A stretch of 62,439 bases of DNA. Origin: Actinomycetes bacterium. GTDB lineage: Bacteria; Actinomycetota; Acidimicrobiia; Acidimicrobiales; Microtrichaceae. The translations under genes and the position numbers were made by a program. Shown piece by piece: positions 27,576 to 37,231 of this stretch; the first letter of the stretch is position 1, and the number at the start of each line of letters is the position of its first letter. The stretch lies in contig JAEZFI010000045.1 in assembly GCA_023437745.1 (NCBI GenBank), positions 1 to 62,439 on the forward strand. Direction: 5' to 3'. The notes under the pieces were generated by a model. That model made no database searches, was not told where the DNA came from, and saw nothing but the letters and a program-made list of their open reading frames with translations.

Positions 27576-28535
27576 TCAGGACGAGCGCAGCGCGGGTTCG
27601 AGCTCGGATGCCCACATGTCGAGGAACGCGTCCTGGTCGGGCCCGACCTGGTGGAAGTAGATGTGGTCGAACCCGGCCTTGCGGTACTCCTCGACCGACT
27701 CGAGCACCCGGGCGGGATCCGGGCCGCAGGGGACCGACTGGGAGGCCGTCTCCACGTCGACGAGCTCGGCGGCCTGCTCGAAGTGGGTGAACGTCGGGAG
27801 GTCCTGCGACAGCTGGCCGGTGATCCCGGCGTTGGGCCACACGCGGTGCACGGTCTCCTTGCACGCCTGCTCGTCGGCCCCGACGCAGACCGTCATCTGC
27901 CCGTAGCGCGGGCCCTTCCCGCCCTTCTCCTCGAACTGCGACACGAGGTCGGGGTCGGGAGAGGTGCCCCACAGGCCGTCACCGATCTCGGCGGCGAGCT
28001 CGATCGCCTTGGGGCCGTACGCCGAGACGACGATCGGGATCTCACCGGGCGGAGGGTCGAAGAGACGTGCGTTCTCCACGTCGTAGTAGTCGCCGTCGTG
28101 GTCGACCGTCTCACCCGTCCACAGCTCCCGGATGATCTGGACCGCCTCGCGCAGCATCGCGAGGCGCACCGCCGGCCGCGGCCACGGGTCGCCCAGGATG
28201 TGCTCGTTGAGCGCCTCGCCGGTGCCGACCCCGAACGTGAAGCGCCCGTCGAGGAGTTGCGCCACCGTCGCGGTCGCCTGGGCGACGATCGCCGGGTGGA
28301 CCCGGATGATCGGGCAGGTCACGCCGACCGCCAGCTCGAGGCGCTCCGTCACCTGGGAGATCGCACCGAGCGTCGCCCAGACGAACGGGCTGTGGCCCTG
28401 CTCCTCGATCCATGGGTGGTAGTGGTCCGACATCGAGGCGAAGCCGAAGCCCAGCTCCTCGGCGCGAGCGGCGAGGCGGACCAGGTCGGCGGGTGGGAAC
28501 TCCTCGCCCGAGAGGGTGTAGCCGTACGTCGTCAT
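27576..28535 (-). CDS. LLM-class F420-dependent oxidoreductase (G6PDH-related family)
   Basis: 319 aa. SDHYHPW, FTFGVGTGEALNEH and similar blocks are typical of the luciferase-like F420 family. Confidence 0.85.
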   Translation of the reverse strand: MTTYGYTLSGEEFPPADLVRLAARAEELGFGFASMSDHYHPWIEEQGHSPFVWATLGAISQVTERLELAVGVTCPIIRVHPAIVAQATATVAQLLDGRFTFGVGTGEALNEHILGDPWPRPAVRLAMLREAVQIIRELWTGETVDHDGDYYDVENARLFDPPPGEIPIVVSAYGPKAIELAAEIGDGLWGTSPDPDLVSQFEEKGGKGPRYGQMTVCVGADEQACKETVHRVWPNAGITGQLSQDLPTFTHFEQAAELVDVETASQSVPCGPDPARVLESVEEYRKAGFDHIYFHQVGPDQDAFLDMWASELEPALRSS

Positions 28536-28563
28536 CGTCGTCCTCCAGCGTCGTCGCCGACCC

Positions 28564-28589
28564 GTACCCGCCGGGGCCGTCGATGATGC
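28564..28589 (-). promoter_or_regulatory. GCAT-N16-GGGTAC motif upstream of the F420/LLM oxidoreductase
   Basis: On the plus strand, gtaccc is at 28564-28569 and atgc at 28586-28589. The leader contains GGAGGA before ATG 28535. Confidence 0.35.
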
Positions 28590-28598
28590 GTGGACGAC

Positions 28599-29561
28599 TC
28601 AGGCGAACGCGGCGTTGCGCTGCGACTGCCCGACGAGCTGGTCGATCAGCAGCTGCTTCATGTCGTCGGCGGTCTCGTTGGGACCCTGGCAGGTGCCCGC
28701 TGCGTGGTGACCGCCCCCACCGTGGCGGAGCATGAGCGCGCCGACGTCGACCGGGTTGCCGCGGTCGAAGATGGACTTGCCCACCGTGTACACGGTGTTC
28801 TGGCGCTCACGCCCCCACATCACGTGCATCGAGATGTCGCACTGCGGGAACATCGCGTAGACGACGAACCGGTTCCCCGCGTAGATCGTCTCCTCGCCCC
28901 TCAGGTCGAGCACGACGAGGTTGTCGTGGACGGTGGCGATCCGGCTGATCTGCGCCCGGAACAGGTCGTGCTGGGCGAAGAAGAGGTCGACGCGCTCCTG
29001 CACGTCGGGCAGGGCGAGGATCTCGTCGATGCCGAGCTCGCGGCACCGGTCGATGAGGGTCATCATCAGCTGGTAGTTCGACACCCGGAAGTCCCGGAAC
29101 CGGCCGAGGCCCGTGCGGGCGTCCATCAGGAAGGACAGCAGCTCCCAGCCCTTGGGGTCGAGGACGTCCTCCATGGTGAACCCGGCGGAGTCGGCCTTGT
29201 CGACGGCCTCCATCATCTCGTCGCTGATCCCACTGAAGCGCTCGCGGCCGCCGAAGTGGTCGTAGACCACTCGCGCCGCCGACTTCGCATCAGGGGAGAG
29301 GATGTAGTTCGGCGTGGGCTGGCCGCCGTTGCGGAGCGCCTCGCTGGAGTGGTGGTCGAAGCAGAGCCCGCAGCCCGGGACGTAGGGCAGGTTCGTGAGG
29401 ATGTCGCGCTCGGTGACCTCGACCTTCCCGTCCTGGACGTCCTTGGGGTGGTGGAACTCGATGTCGCCGAGCAGGCCGAGCTCCTGCAGGAGGACCGCAC
29501 AGACCAGTCCGTCCATGTCGCTTCGGGTCAGCAGTCGGTAGGTGCCGTGCACGGTGTTCAT
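28599..29561 (-). CDS. DHH-family phosphoesterase-like protein
   Basis: ATG 29561 is preceded by GGAGGA. RSDMDGL (DHH motif I-like) and CFDHHSS (DHH motif) are present. Confidence 0.7.
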   Translation of the reverse strand: MNTVHGTYRLLTRSDMDGLVCAVLLQELGLLGDIEFHHPKDVQDGKVEVTERDILTNLPYVPGCGLCFDHHSSEALRNGGQPTPNYILSPDAKSAARVVYDHFGGRERFSGISDEMMEAVDKADSAGFTMEDVLDPKGWELLSFLMDARTGLGRFRDFRVSNYQLMMTLIDRCRELGIDEILALPDVQERVDLFFAQHDLFRAQISRIATVHDNLVVLDLRGEETIYAGNRFVVYAMFPQCDISMHVMWGRERQNTVYTVGKSIFDRGNPVDVGALMLRHGGGGHHAAGTCQGPNETADDMKQLLIDQLVGQSQRNAAFA

Positions 29562-29670
29562 CGCCTGTCCTCCGGGAGACCGAGTGCCGCCGCGACACAG
29601 CGGCGCTCCTCCCCATCGGCACACGGGGTCCGGCGGTTGAGGCGTCGCGCTGCACGGTGGGTGGCGGCGT

Positions 29671-29676
29671 GGGTAG
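29671..29676 (+). promoter_or_regulatory. GGGTAG box 10 nt before the small acidic protein ATG (no convincing -35)
   Basis: GGGTAG 29671-29676, ATG 29687. Confidence 0.3.
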
Positions 29677-29686
29677 GTTCAGGGCG

Positions 29687-29920
29687 ATGTCGAACGTCTC
29701 CGACCCCGAGGATCCCGACGCCCTCGCCGACGACGCCGTCGAGTCGATGCCCGACGACGTGGAGGTGCCGGAGGCCGACGCCCTCGAGCAGCGCCGCACG
29801 CTCGGAGCGACCCCCACGGGAGCGACCGAGCTCCCCGACATGGTCGATCCCGCCGACGCCCTCGACCAGGCCCGTGTCGTCGAGATGTCGGACGACGAGG
29901 ACCTCCGCGACCCCATGTGA
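29687..29920 (+). CDS. Small acidic protein
   Basis: 77 aa, D/E/P-rich. The ATG lies 10 nt after a GGGTAG box. Confidence 0.45.
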   Translation: MSNVSDPEDPDALADDAVESMPDDVEVPEADALEQRRTLGATPTGATELPDMVDPADALDQARVVEMSDDEDLRDPM

Positions 29921-29933
29921 ACGTCGTCGGGCG

Positions 29934-30440
29934 GTGAAGCGGCTGCTCGTCCTGGCGGACACCCACGTGGCGCACCCGGGCTCTCGGCCCGTGCCCGACG
30001 AGGTGTGGGCGGTCGCCCGCACTGCGGACCTCATCCTGCACGCCGGCGACGTCACGTCCCAGTGGTTGCTCGACGAGTTGAGCGGCGTCGCGCCGGTCGT
30101 CGCGGTATTGGGCAACAACGACCTGGAGCTCCGACACGTCCTGCCGGAGGCGGTCGACCTCGAGGTCGAAGGCCTGCCGATCGCCATGCTCCACGACTCG
30201 GGTCCGACGGAGGGTCGGCCGGCACGGCTGCACCGGAGGTTCCCCGACGCGGGCGTCGTGGTCTACGGGCACTCCCACGTCCCCGACGACAGCGACGGCG
30301 TCGGCGGGCAGCGGCTGTTCAACCCGGGCAGCTGCACGCAGCGGCGACGCCAACCCCACGCCACCTACGGCCTCCTCGGGATCCGAGGTGGCCGCCTGGT
30401 GGAGCACCGGGTGGTGACGCTGCGGCCGCCGGCCAACTGA
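29934..30440 (+). CDS. Metallophosphoesterase (YfcE/MJ0936-like)
   Basis: GTG 29934 gives VKRLLVLADTHV...HAGDV...GNND...GHSH, the calcineurin-like motifs. It is the C-terminal part of track ORF 28590..30440. Confidence 0.75.
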   Translation: MKRLLVLADTHVAHPGSRPVPDEVWAVARTADLILHAGDVTSQWLLDELSGVAPVVAVLGNNDLELRHVLPEAVDLEVEGLPIAMLHDSGPTEGRPARLHRRFPDAGVVVYGHSHVPDDSDGVGGQRLFNPGSCTQRRRQPHATYGLLGIRGGRLVEHRVVTLRPPAN

Positions 30441-30476
30441 CCCGACCGGCGGCCGCGACCTGTGGGCGCGGAGCCC

Positions 30477-30908
30477 TCAGTTGTTCGGCGGTGAGGTGGA
30501 GATGGCGGCGACCAGGTCGCCCACCCGGCTCTCGGGCATCTCCCGGGCGATGTCCGCCTGGCTCACCATGCCGATCATCTCGGTGCCGTCGATGACGGGC
30601 AGTCGTCGGATGTCGTGATCCTTCATCGTGCGGATCGCCTCCTCGACGGGGTCGTCCGCTCCGATCGTGACGACCTCGCTGCCGTCGATCAGGTCACGGA
30701 CCCGCACGTCGGCCGGGTTCCGCTCCTCGGCGACCACCTTCACGGCGATGTCACGGTCGGTCACCATGCCCTGGAGGTGGCCCTGGCCGTCGCACACCGG
30801 CAGCGCACCCACGCTCCGCTCCCGCAGCTGGCGGGCTGCGTCGGCCACTGTCACGTCGGCGTCGATCCACTCGGCGTCCGGCGTCATGATCTCTCGAGCC
30901 GTCGTCAT
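30477..30908 (-). CDS. CBS-pair protein, Hrp1-like (hypoxic response protein 1 family)
   Basis: 143 aa from ATG 30908 after GAGGAGGA. MTTAREIMTP...GMVTDRDIAVK...RRLPVIDG...GMVSQADIAR aligns by eye with M. tuberculosis Hrp1 as I recall it. Confidence 0.85.
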   Translation of the reverse strand: MTTAREIMTPDAEWIDADVTVADAARQLRERSVGALPVCDGQGHLQGMVTDRDIAVKVVAEERNPADVRVRDLIDGSEVVTIGADDPVEEAIRTMKDHDIRRLPVIDGTEMIGMVSQADIAREMPESRVGDLVAAISTSPPNN

Positions 30909-30922
30909 GTCGTCCTCCTCGT

Positions 30923-32563
30923 TCAGGCTGCTGGACGCGTGTACCCGGGCCGGAGGGCGCCAAACCCGGTGAGCTCGACCTGGCCGAGCTCGCCGTGATG
31001 ATCCACGGCATGCAGGTCGGCTGACCGTCTGCGAGCAGAGTCCCGCTGCGTCGGGGGCCCGGCCGGCGCACCACGGTCGGCCAGGTCCTCGACGGCAGGG
31101 CCCTGCAGCACCTGCCCGTCCACGTCGAACCGTGAGCCGTGGCACGGGCAGTCCCAGGTTCGCTCCGCCGTGTTGAACGACACCTGGCAGCCGAGGTGCG
31201 TGCACTTCGCCGATCGGCAGTGGAGCTCGCCGTCCTCGTCGCGGAAGGCCGCCACCGTGTGGCCGTCCTGCGCGACGATGCCGCCTTCACCGGGGGCCAG
31301 GGTCTCGATGTCGGGCGGACGGAGGTGTGCCAGCCGGTCTCCGACGAAGCGCTGCGCGACGTCGAGGTTCATCTGGACCAGCTTCTTCCCTCCCTGGCGG
31401 AGGGCACCCCGCGTGGAGTCGAAGGTCGCCGCCCAGGGGTTGTCCACCCCGTCGGCGAGATCCGAGATCAGCATGGCGGCGACCGTCCCGTTGGTCATCC
31501 CCCACTTGCCGAACCCGGTGGCGACCAGGACGCGGTCGGACCCGGGGGTCAGGCGCCCGATGAACGGCAGGTCGTCGGCGCTCTGGTAGTCCTGCGCGGA
31601 CCACCGGTAGTCGAACGCAGGCGCGCCGAAGCGCTCCGCCGCCCACCCCTGCAGCGCGTCGTAGCGGCGGCTGGTGTCGGCGTCGTGACCGACCTTGTGG
31701 CCCTCGCCACCGACCACCACGTACCCGTCCGCAGTCGACCGGATCGATCGGGTGGGCTGGTCGATGCTGATGTACATCCCACTCGGACGCTCGCCCTCGA
31801 TGTGGAACGCACCGGCGTACGACCGCATCGGCTCCATCCGGGCGAAGTGCGCCCCGACGTCGGAGATCGGGATGTGCGTGGCCAGCACGACGAGTTCGGC
31901 GTTGAGCTCGCCGCGATCGGTCGTCACCCGACCGTCCTTGTGGACCTCGAGGGCGCGGGTGTGCTCGTGGACGGCGCCACCGGCGCGGACGATCGCGTCG
32001 GCCAGGCCCAGGCAGTAGCGGCGGGGGTGGAACTGCGCCTGCCCGTCGAGACGGACCGCCCCCCGGATGGCGTAGGGGAGGTCCGTCTCCGTGGTGAAGG
32101 TCACGGCGAGCCCGGCCCGCTGCGCTGCCGCGACCTCTGCTTCGATGGACGCCAGCTCGGCGTCCGTCTCGGTGTACGTGTAGGACGAGGCCTCTTCGAG
32201 CCCGCAGTCGATGCCGTCGTCGGCAGCCAGCTCGCGCACGGTGGTGATCGCTGCCTGGTTGGCCGACGCGTAGACGGCGGCGCGCTCGTCCCCCCAGCGG
32301 CTGCTCAACCGTGAGTAGATCGTCGACTGGAGCGAGGTGACCTTGGCGGTCGTGTAGCCCGTGGTGCCGGCGGCGAGCTCGCCCGCATCGATCACCACGA
32401 CCGAGCGACCGGAGCCCACGAGGAGGCGCGCTGTGGTGAGCCCGGCGATCCCGGCGCCGACCACGACCACGTCGGCTCGTCGGTCACCGACCGACGCGGG
32501 ATGGTCCGTCGCACTCGACGTCCCGACCCACAACGAGGGGTTGCGTTCCCGGGTGCTGCCCAC
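30923..32563 (-). CDS. FAD-dependent oxidoreductase fused to a Rieske [2Fe-2S] domain
   Basis: VVVVGAGIAGLTTA is a dinucleotide-binding motif. The C-terminal CTHLGC...CPCHGSRF are the Rieske ligands. Confidence 0.85.
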   Translation of the reverse strand: MGSTRERNPSLWVGTSSATDHPASVGDRRADVVVVGAGIAGLTTARLLVGSGRSVVVIDAGELAAGTTGYTTAKVTSLQSTIYSRLSSRWGDERAAVYASANQAAITTVRELAADDGIDCGLEEASSYTYTETDAELASIEAEVAAAQRAGLAVTFTTETDLPYAIRGAVRLDGQAQFHPRRYCLGLADAIVRAGGAVHEHTRALEVHKDGRVTTDRGELNAELVVLATHIPISDVGAHFARMEPMRSYAGAFHIEGERPSGMYISIDQPTRSIRSTADGYVVVGGEGHKVGHDADTSRRYDALQGWAAERFGAPAFDYRWSAQDYQSADDLPFIGRLTPGSDRVLVATGFGKWGMTNGTVAAMLISDLADGVDNPWAATFDSTRGALRQGGKKLVQMNLDVAQRFVGDRLAHLRPPDIETLAPGEGGIVAQDGHTVAAFRDEDGELHCRSAKCTHLGCQVSFNTAERTWDCPCHGSRFDVDGQVLQGPAVEDLADRGAPAGPPTQRDSARRRSADLHAVDHHGELGQVELTGFGALRPGYTRPAA

Positions 32564-32620
32564 GTCGTGCTCCGATCGTCGAGGCGGTTGACTCCTCGCC
32601 CTACCCGCCCGCCGGTGGTG

Positions 32621-32815
32621 TCAGTCCGCCGGCGGGGTCTCCTGGGTGCGCGTGGGGACGATGCCGGCCGCGTCGTCGGCCCGCTCGCTGTGCTCGTCGA
32701 GGCGCTCGACGCGTTCGGCGCCGTCGAGCACGTCGCCCTGGTCCGCGGGCTGCGACTCGCGGCCGGAGTCGTCCCGCTGCCTCGGCTCGGTCGGTTGGTC
32801 CTGGTCCATCGGCAT
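32621..32815 (-). CDS. Small hydrophilic acidic protein
   Basis: 64 aa. The ATG is preceded by GAGGAGGAGG. Confidence 0.4.
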   Translation of the reverse strand: MPMDQDQPTEPRQRDDSGRESQPADQGDVLDGAERVERLDEHSERADDAAGIVPTRTQETPPAD

Positions 32816-32862
32816 GGTGCCTCCTCCTCGTCGTCGTCCTCCGTACCCGGTCGGGCGGCGGT

Positions 32863-34584
32863 TCAGTGGTCGTCCAGCACGGCAGCGGTCCCCGCCGGAA
32901 GGTCCACTCGCTCGGAGCCACGACGCTCGACCCCCGACATCGCGAGGACGACGTCGCCCGCGGCCACGGCGCGCGGCCGCTCCGACAGGTTGGCGACCAC
33001 CCGGAACCGCCCCCGTCGCATCACGACCAGCCGGTCGTCCTCCTCCACGGTCGGTCGGTCACCCCCGCCCCGCAGGTCGGCGTGGGAACGGCGCAGCGCG
33101 AGCAACGAGCGGTACCACTCGTGCACCGTGGCGTGCGGCGGTCGGTCCCGCTCGGCCCAGTCCAGGCGCGCGCCGTCGAAGGTGGTCGCGGCGGTCGGGT
33201 CCGGCACCTGGTCCTCGGTCCACCCGAAGGCGGCGAACTCTGCGAACCGGCCCCGGCGGACGGCGTCGCCGAGATCGCCCCCGTGGTCGGCGAAGTAGGG
33301 GAACGGTGTCGAGGCGGCCCAGTCCTCCCCCTGGAACACCAGTGGCACGTACGGCGAGAGGAGCACCAGCGCGGCCGCCGCCATCGTCGGTCCCGTGCCG
33401 ACGACGGTGTGCAGACGGTCGCCCCGGGCCCGGTTGCCGATCTGGTCGTGGTTCTGGAGCGCCACGACGAAGCGGTCGGACGGCCGACCGTCCGGGCTCC
33501 GCCCGTGGGTCCGGCCCCGGGTGGGGGAGAACCGGCCGCGAGCGACGTAGGCATGCTGCAACGCCTCCGCGACGTCGCCGTCCTCGAAGTCCTGGTAGTA
33601 GCCGGAGTGCTCGCCGCTGGTGGTGACGTGCAGGGCGTGGTGCAGCTCGTCGGCCCAGTGCGCGGTCAGCCCGTACCCACCACGGGCGGGATCGTCCACC
33701 ACACGCGGGTCGTTGCGATCCCACTCCGCCACGAGCGCGACGTGCCGGCCCAGCTCGTGCGAGAGCTGACGGCCGACGTGGCCGAGGGCCTCGAGGAGGT
33801 GGACCGATGACGTGTCGACGAGGGCATGGCACGCGTCGAGGCGCAGTCCGTCCACGTGGTGGTCACGGACCCACATGGCCGCGTTCTCGCAGATGAACGA
33901 CCGCACCTCGTCGCTGCCCGGTCCGTCGAGGTTGATCGCCGGGCCCCACGGCGTGCGGTACGCGTCGGTCAGGTACGGGCCGAGACCGGGCGCGGCTGCG
34001 CCGACCGGACCGAAGTGGTTGTGGACGACGTCGAGCAGGACGGCGAGACCTCTCGAGTGGCAGGCCTGGACGAGCGCCCGGAGGTCGTCGGGCGTCCCGT
34101 AGGCGGGGTGCGGGGACCACCAGCAGGCGCCGTCGTAGCCCCAGCCGAACCGGCCCGTCCACGCGTTGACCGGCATCAGCTCGACGTGCGTCACCCCCAG
34201 CGCCGCCACGTGATCGAGGTGGTCGATGGCCCCCCGGAACGTGCCCGCCTCGCTGAACGTGCCGACGTGGATCTCGTAGACCACGGCGTCGCGCCACGGC
34301 GGAGGTTGCCACCCGTCGTCGGTCCACTCGAAGGACGACGGGTCGTCGACGGCGCTGTCGCCCTCGGGCCCGTCGGGTTGCCAGCGCGAGCGCGGGTCGG
34401 TCGAGCGTCGCGCGTCGACGTCGAAGCAGTAGCGCGTGCCGGCCGGGAGCGGCTCGTCGTTGACCCACCAGCCGCCGTCCGGACGCAGCGCACGGTGCCG
34501 GCCCTGCACCACCAGCTGGACCCGCTCGGCGTCCGGCGCCCAGACCGAGCCGATCGGATGGCGTTGGGTGGTCCGCACCCTCAT
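32863..34584 (-). CDS. treZ: Malto-oligosyltrehalose trehalohydrolase
   Basis: ATG 34584 within track ORF 32863..35478. GH13 blocks are present (DVVHNHFGP, GLRLDACHAL, AEWD, HWADELHHAL), and the gene lies next to treY and glgX. Confidence 0.9.
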   Translation of the reverse strand: MRVRTTQRHPIGSVWAPDAERVQLVVQGRHRALRPDGGWWVNDEPLPAGTRYCFDVDARRSTDPRSRWQPDGPEGDSAVDDPSSFEWTDDGWQPPPWRDAVVYEIHVGTFSEAGTFRGAIDHLDHVAALGVTHVELMPVNAWTGRFGWGYDGACWWSPHPAYGTPDDLRALVQACHSRGLAVLLDVVHNHFGPVGAAAPGLGPYLTDAYRTPWGPAINLDGPGSDEVRSFICENAAMWVRDHHVDGLRLDACHALVDTSSVHLLEALGHVGRQLSHELGRHVALVAEWDRNDPRVVDDPARGGYGLTAHWADELHHALHVTTSGEHSGYYQDFEDGDVAEALQHAYVARGRFSPTRGRTHGRSPDGRPSDRFVVALQNHDQIGNRARGDRLHTVVGTGPTMAAAALVLLSPYVPLVFQGEDWAASTPFPYFADHGGDLGDAVRRGRFAEFAAFGWTEDQVPDPTAATTFDGARLDWAERDRPPHATVHEWYRSLLALRRSHADLRGGGDRPTVEEDDRLVVMRRGRFRVVANLSERPRAVAAGDVVLAMSGVERRGSERVDLPAGTAAVLDDH

Positions 34585-34591
34585 CGGCCGC

Positions 34592-37231
34592 TCACCGGTC
34601 CCGTACGAGCAGCGCGACGCCGAGCGGTTCGACGAGCTTCGCCAGGGACGCCGGGTCGCCGGACAGGACCCGGCCGGTGACCCGATCCACCCAGGTGCCC
34701 TCGGGCAGGGCGAGCGACGTGTCGCCCCAGCCGTGCCGGGCCAGCTGCAGCGGGCATCGCGTGGCGACGACCACGACCTCCGAGCCGCGACCGAAGGCCA
34801 CGACGTGGTCGGCCCTTTCCCCGGTCGCGAGGAGTGGCTCGTAGTCGCCGGCGAACGCCTCGGGGAGCTCGCGCCGGGCGGTGAGCGCCGCCGCCACGAC
34901 GCGGAGCTTGTCGACCCCGTCGTCGGCCGGATCGTCGAGGCCCGCTCCCACCGGACGGCTCGACAGCTGCTCGAGGGCTTCGTCGAGCGCCGCGATGTCG
35001 ACGGGTTGGCGGTTGTCGGGGTCCACGAGGCGAAGGTGCCACCGCTCCGTGCCCTGGTAGAGGTCGGGGATCCCCGGCATCGTGAGCTGCACCAGCTTCT
35101 GGCCCAGCGCGGTGACGCGTGCGGCCCGGCGGATCCGGTCGTCCAGGTCGTCCAGCTCGGGGGCGAGCGTCGCCCGGGCGGCGAGCGCGAAGTCGTCGAG
35201 GAACCGCTCGTAGTCCTCGTCGGGCTGGAGCCACGTGGTGTGGACCTTCGCCTCCCGCGCGGCCTTGGCCAGATGCTCCAGCAGGCGCTCGTCGTCGATC
35301 GGCCACGCGCCGACCAAGGTCTGGAGCAGGTACTCGACCGTCGCGGGTTCGGGTCGGCCGTCGCGACGAGTCGGTTCGAGGAGGGAATGCCAACGCTCAG
35401 AGGTCGCCACCCACTCCTCGCCGAGCTCGGCCAGCACCGACAGGCGCGCCCTGACGTCCTCGCTGCGCTTCGAGTCATGGGTCGTGAGCAACGTCATCGA
35501 CGTGGGCAGCTCGTGTCGCCGTCGCAGCATCTCGTCGTGGAACTGCTCGATCGTCGAACCGGCGGCGTCAGGGTCCGCGCCGACCTCGTTGCGCGAGAGG
35601 AGCGCGACCCAGCGGTACCACGCGGTGTCCTCCTTCCCCTTCGCCATCGCGGGGCCGGAGAGCTGTTGGAACCGCTGGCGCACCTCCCACTCCCAGGGTG
35701 CGCCGGGCGCGAGCGGGTCCGTCAGCACCGAGCGGAGCAGTTCGAACAGCTCGGGGTCGAGGTCGGGGCGGGCCGTGACGCACTCCTCCGTCGCCGTCTC
35801 GACGAGCTGCCGGTCGTGCTCGTCGGCGCCACCCACCGGAGGTGCGTAGGTGCGGTAGACGGGCAGGCGGACGATGGCCTCCACCAGGCACTCGTGCAGC
35901 TCGTGACGGGAGAAGTCGCGGAACCGGCGGCGGTGCTCGCACAGCTCGAGCATCCGCTCGGTCAGGCGGTTGAGGTCCGCGGCCAGCACGCTGCGCAGCA
36001 CCTCGCGCTTGGCGACGGTCACCACGTCGTGGGCCGAGGTCGAGGCGGCGTCACGACGCTGCGCTGCCTCCCTCAGCACCTGGTGGCCCTCGTCGTCCAG
36101 GAAGACGCGGGCGACCGCTTCGGCGGCGTCGTACCCGGTGGTCCCGTCGACCGGCCACGACCGCAGCCGCTCCTCGCCCTCCAGGATCTTCTCGACCACG
36201 ATCCAGGCGTCCGGGGCCGCCTCACGGAGCAGCCGGAAGTAGCCGTCGGGGTCGGCGATCCCGTCGGGATGGTCCACCCGGATGCCGTCGACGAGGCCCC
36301 GGTCGACCCAGCCCAGCAGCGCACCGTGGGTGGCCTGGAACACGGCAGGCTGCTCGACGCGCACCCCGATGAGCGAGGTGATGTCGAAGAACCGCCGGTA
36401 GCCGAGGTCGCGCACGCCCTCCTGCCATCGGGCGAGTCGGTAGGGCTGCGCGTCGAGGAGCACGTCGAGGTCGTCGGGACGGCTGGTCAGGGACGCCGCC
36501 TCGGCGTCGACGGCCCGGCGCAGGTCCGGGTCCTCGCAGAGCTCGGCGATGCGGGCGAGCACCACCGACTGGTCGCGCCGGCGGCGCGCCACCTCCTCGG
36601 GATCGGTGACGCCGAAGTGGGGGAGCCGCTCGAGCGCCCCGGCCAGGAACGCCAGCTCGGGGTGGTCGAGCAGCCGTGCCACCTGGTCGAACACCACGGC
36701 GCTGCTCGCCGATTCGATCGGCAGCTCGACCGAAGGATGTCGGAGCACCAGCTCGCCGCGGTGGTGCAGGACCTCGAACGCGCCGCGCTCCAGCTCACGT
36801 CCGTAGTGGTCGGTCAGCACGGGGAGGAGCAACCGCCCCGCGAGACGGCGCTCGGGCGAGTCCCAGTCGATGTCGAAGACCTGTGCCCACTCGCTGGAGG
36901 GGCCGTTGCGCAGCACGTCCCACCACCACGGGTTGCTCCGTGCGTGGACCGCCATGTGGTTCGGCACGATGTCGACGACCAGTCCCAACCCGTGCGAGCG
37001 GGCGCGGTGGGCGAGGTCCTCCAGGCCCGCCTCGCCGCCCAGCTCCGGGTCGACCGTCCGGTGGTCCACCACGTCGTAGCCGTGGCTGGAGCCGGGCGCC
37101 GCGACGGCCACCGGTGACAGGTACAGGTGGCTGATACCGAGACGGGCCAGGCTGCGCAGCACGGTGTCGTCGAGGTCGGCGAACGTCGTCCCACCCCGCA
37201 GCTGGATCCGGTAGGTCGACGTCGGGGTCAC
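34592..37231 (-). CDS. treY: Malto-oligosyltrehalose synthase
   Basis: 879 aa. STYRIQL...GISHLYLSPV...GYDVVDH...DIVPNHMAV. GTGA overlap with the upstream glgX. Confidence 0.9.
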   Translation of the reverse strand: MTPTSTYRIQLRGGTTFADLDDTVLRSLARLGISHLYLSPVAVAAPGSSHGYDVVDHRTVDPELGGEAGLEDLAHRARSHGLGLVVDIVPNHMAVHARSNPWWWDVLRNGPSSEWAQVFDIDWDSPERRLAGRLLLPVLTDHYGRELERGAFEVLHHRGELVLRHPSVELPIESASSAVVFDQVARLLDHPELAFLAGALERLPHFGVTDPEEVARRRRDQSVVLARIAELCEDPDLRRAVDAEAASLTSRPDDLDVLLDAQPYRLARWQEGVRDLGYRRFFDITSLIGVRVEQPAVFQATHGALLGWVDRGLVDGIRVDHPDGIADPDGYFRLLREAAPDAWIVVEKILEGEERLRSWPVDGTTGYDAAEAVARVFLDDEGHQVLREAAQRRDAASTSAHDVVTVAKREVLRSVLAADLNRLTERMLELCEHRRRFRDFSRHELHECLVEAIVRLPVYRTYAPPVGGADEHDRQLVETATEECVTARPDLDPELFELLRSVLTDPLAPGAPWEWEVRQRFQQLSGPAMAKGKEDTAWYRWVALLSRNEVGADPDAAGSTIEQFHDEMLRRRHELPTSMTLLTTHDSKRSEDVRARLSVLAELGEEWVATSERWHSLLEPTRRDGRPEPATVEYLLQTLVGAWPIDDERLLEHLAKAAREAKVHTTWLQPDEDYERFLDDFALAARATLAPELDDLDDRIRRAARVTALGQKLVQLTMPGIPDLYQGTERWHLRLVDPDNRQPVDIAALDEALEQLSSRPVGAGLDDPADDGVDKLRVVAAALTARRELPEAFAGDYEPLLATGERADHVVAFGRGSEVVVVATRCPLQLARHGWGDTSLALPEGTWVDRVTGRVLSGDPASLAKLVEPLGVALLVRDR

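Noticed and set aside
32863-35478. N-terminal extensions of track ORFs for treZ (to 35478), glgX (to 39990), GT4 (to 54614), GT2-gmhB (to 56658), hldE (to 51985), gmhA (to 52785) and the SDR (to 51053).
   Set aside because: The extensions are low-complexity and overlap the upstream genes. Internal ATG or GTG starts that form 4-nt overlaps with the preceding stop give proteins of family-typical length.
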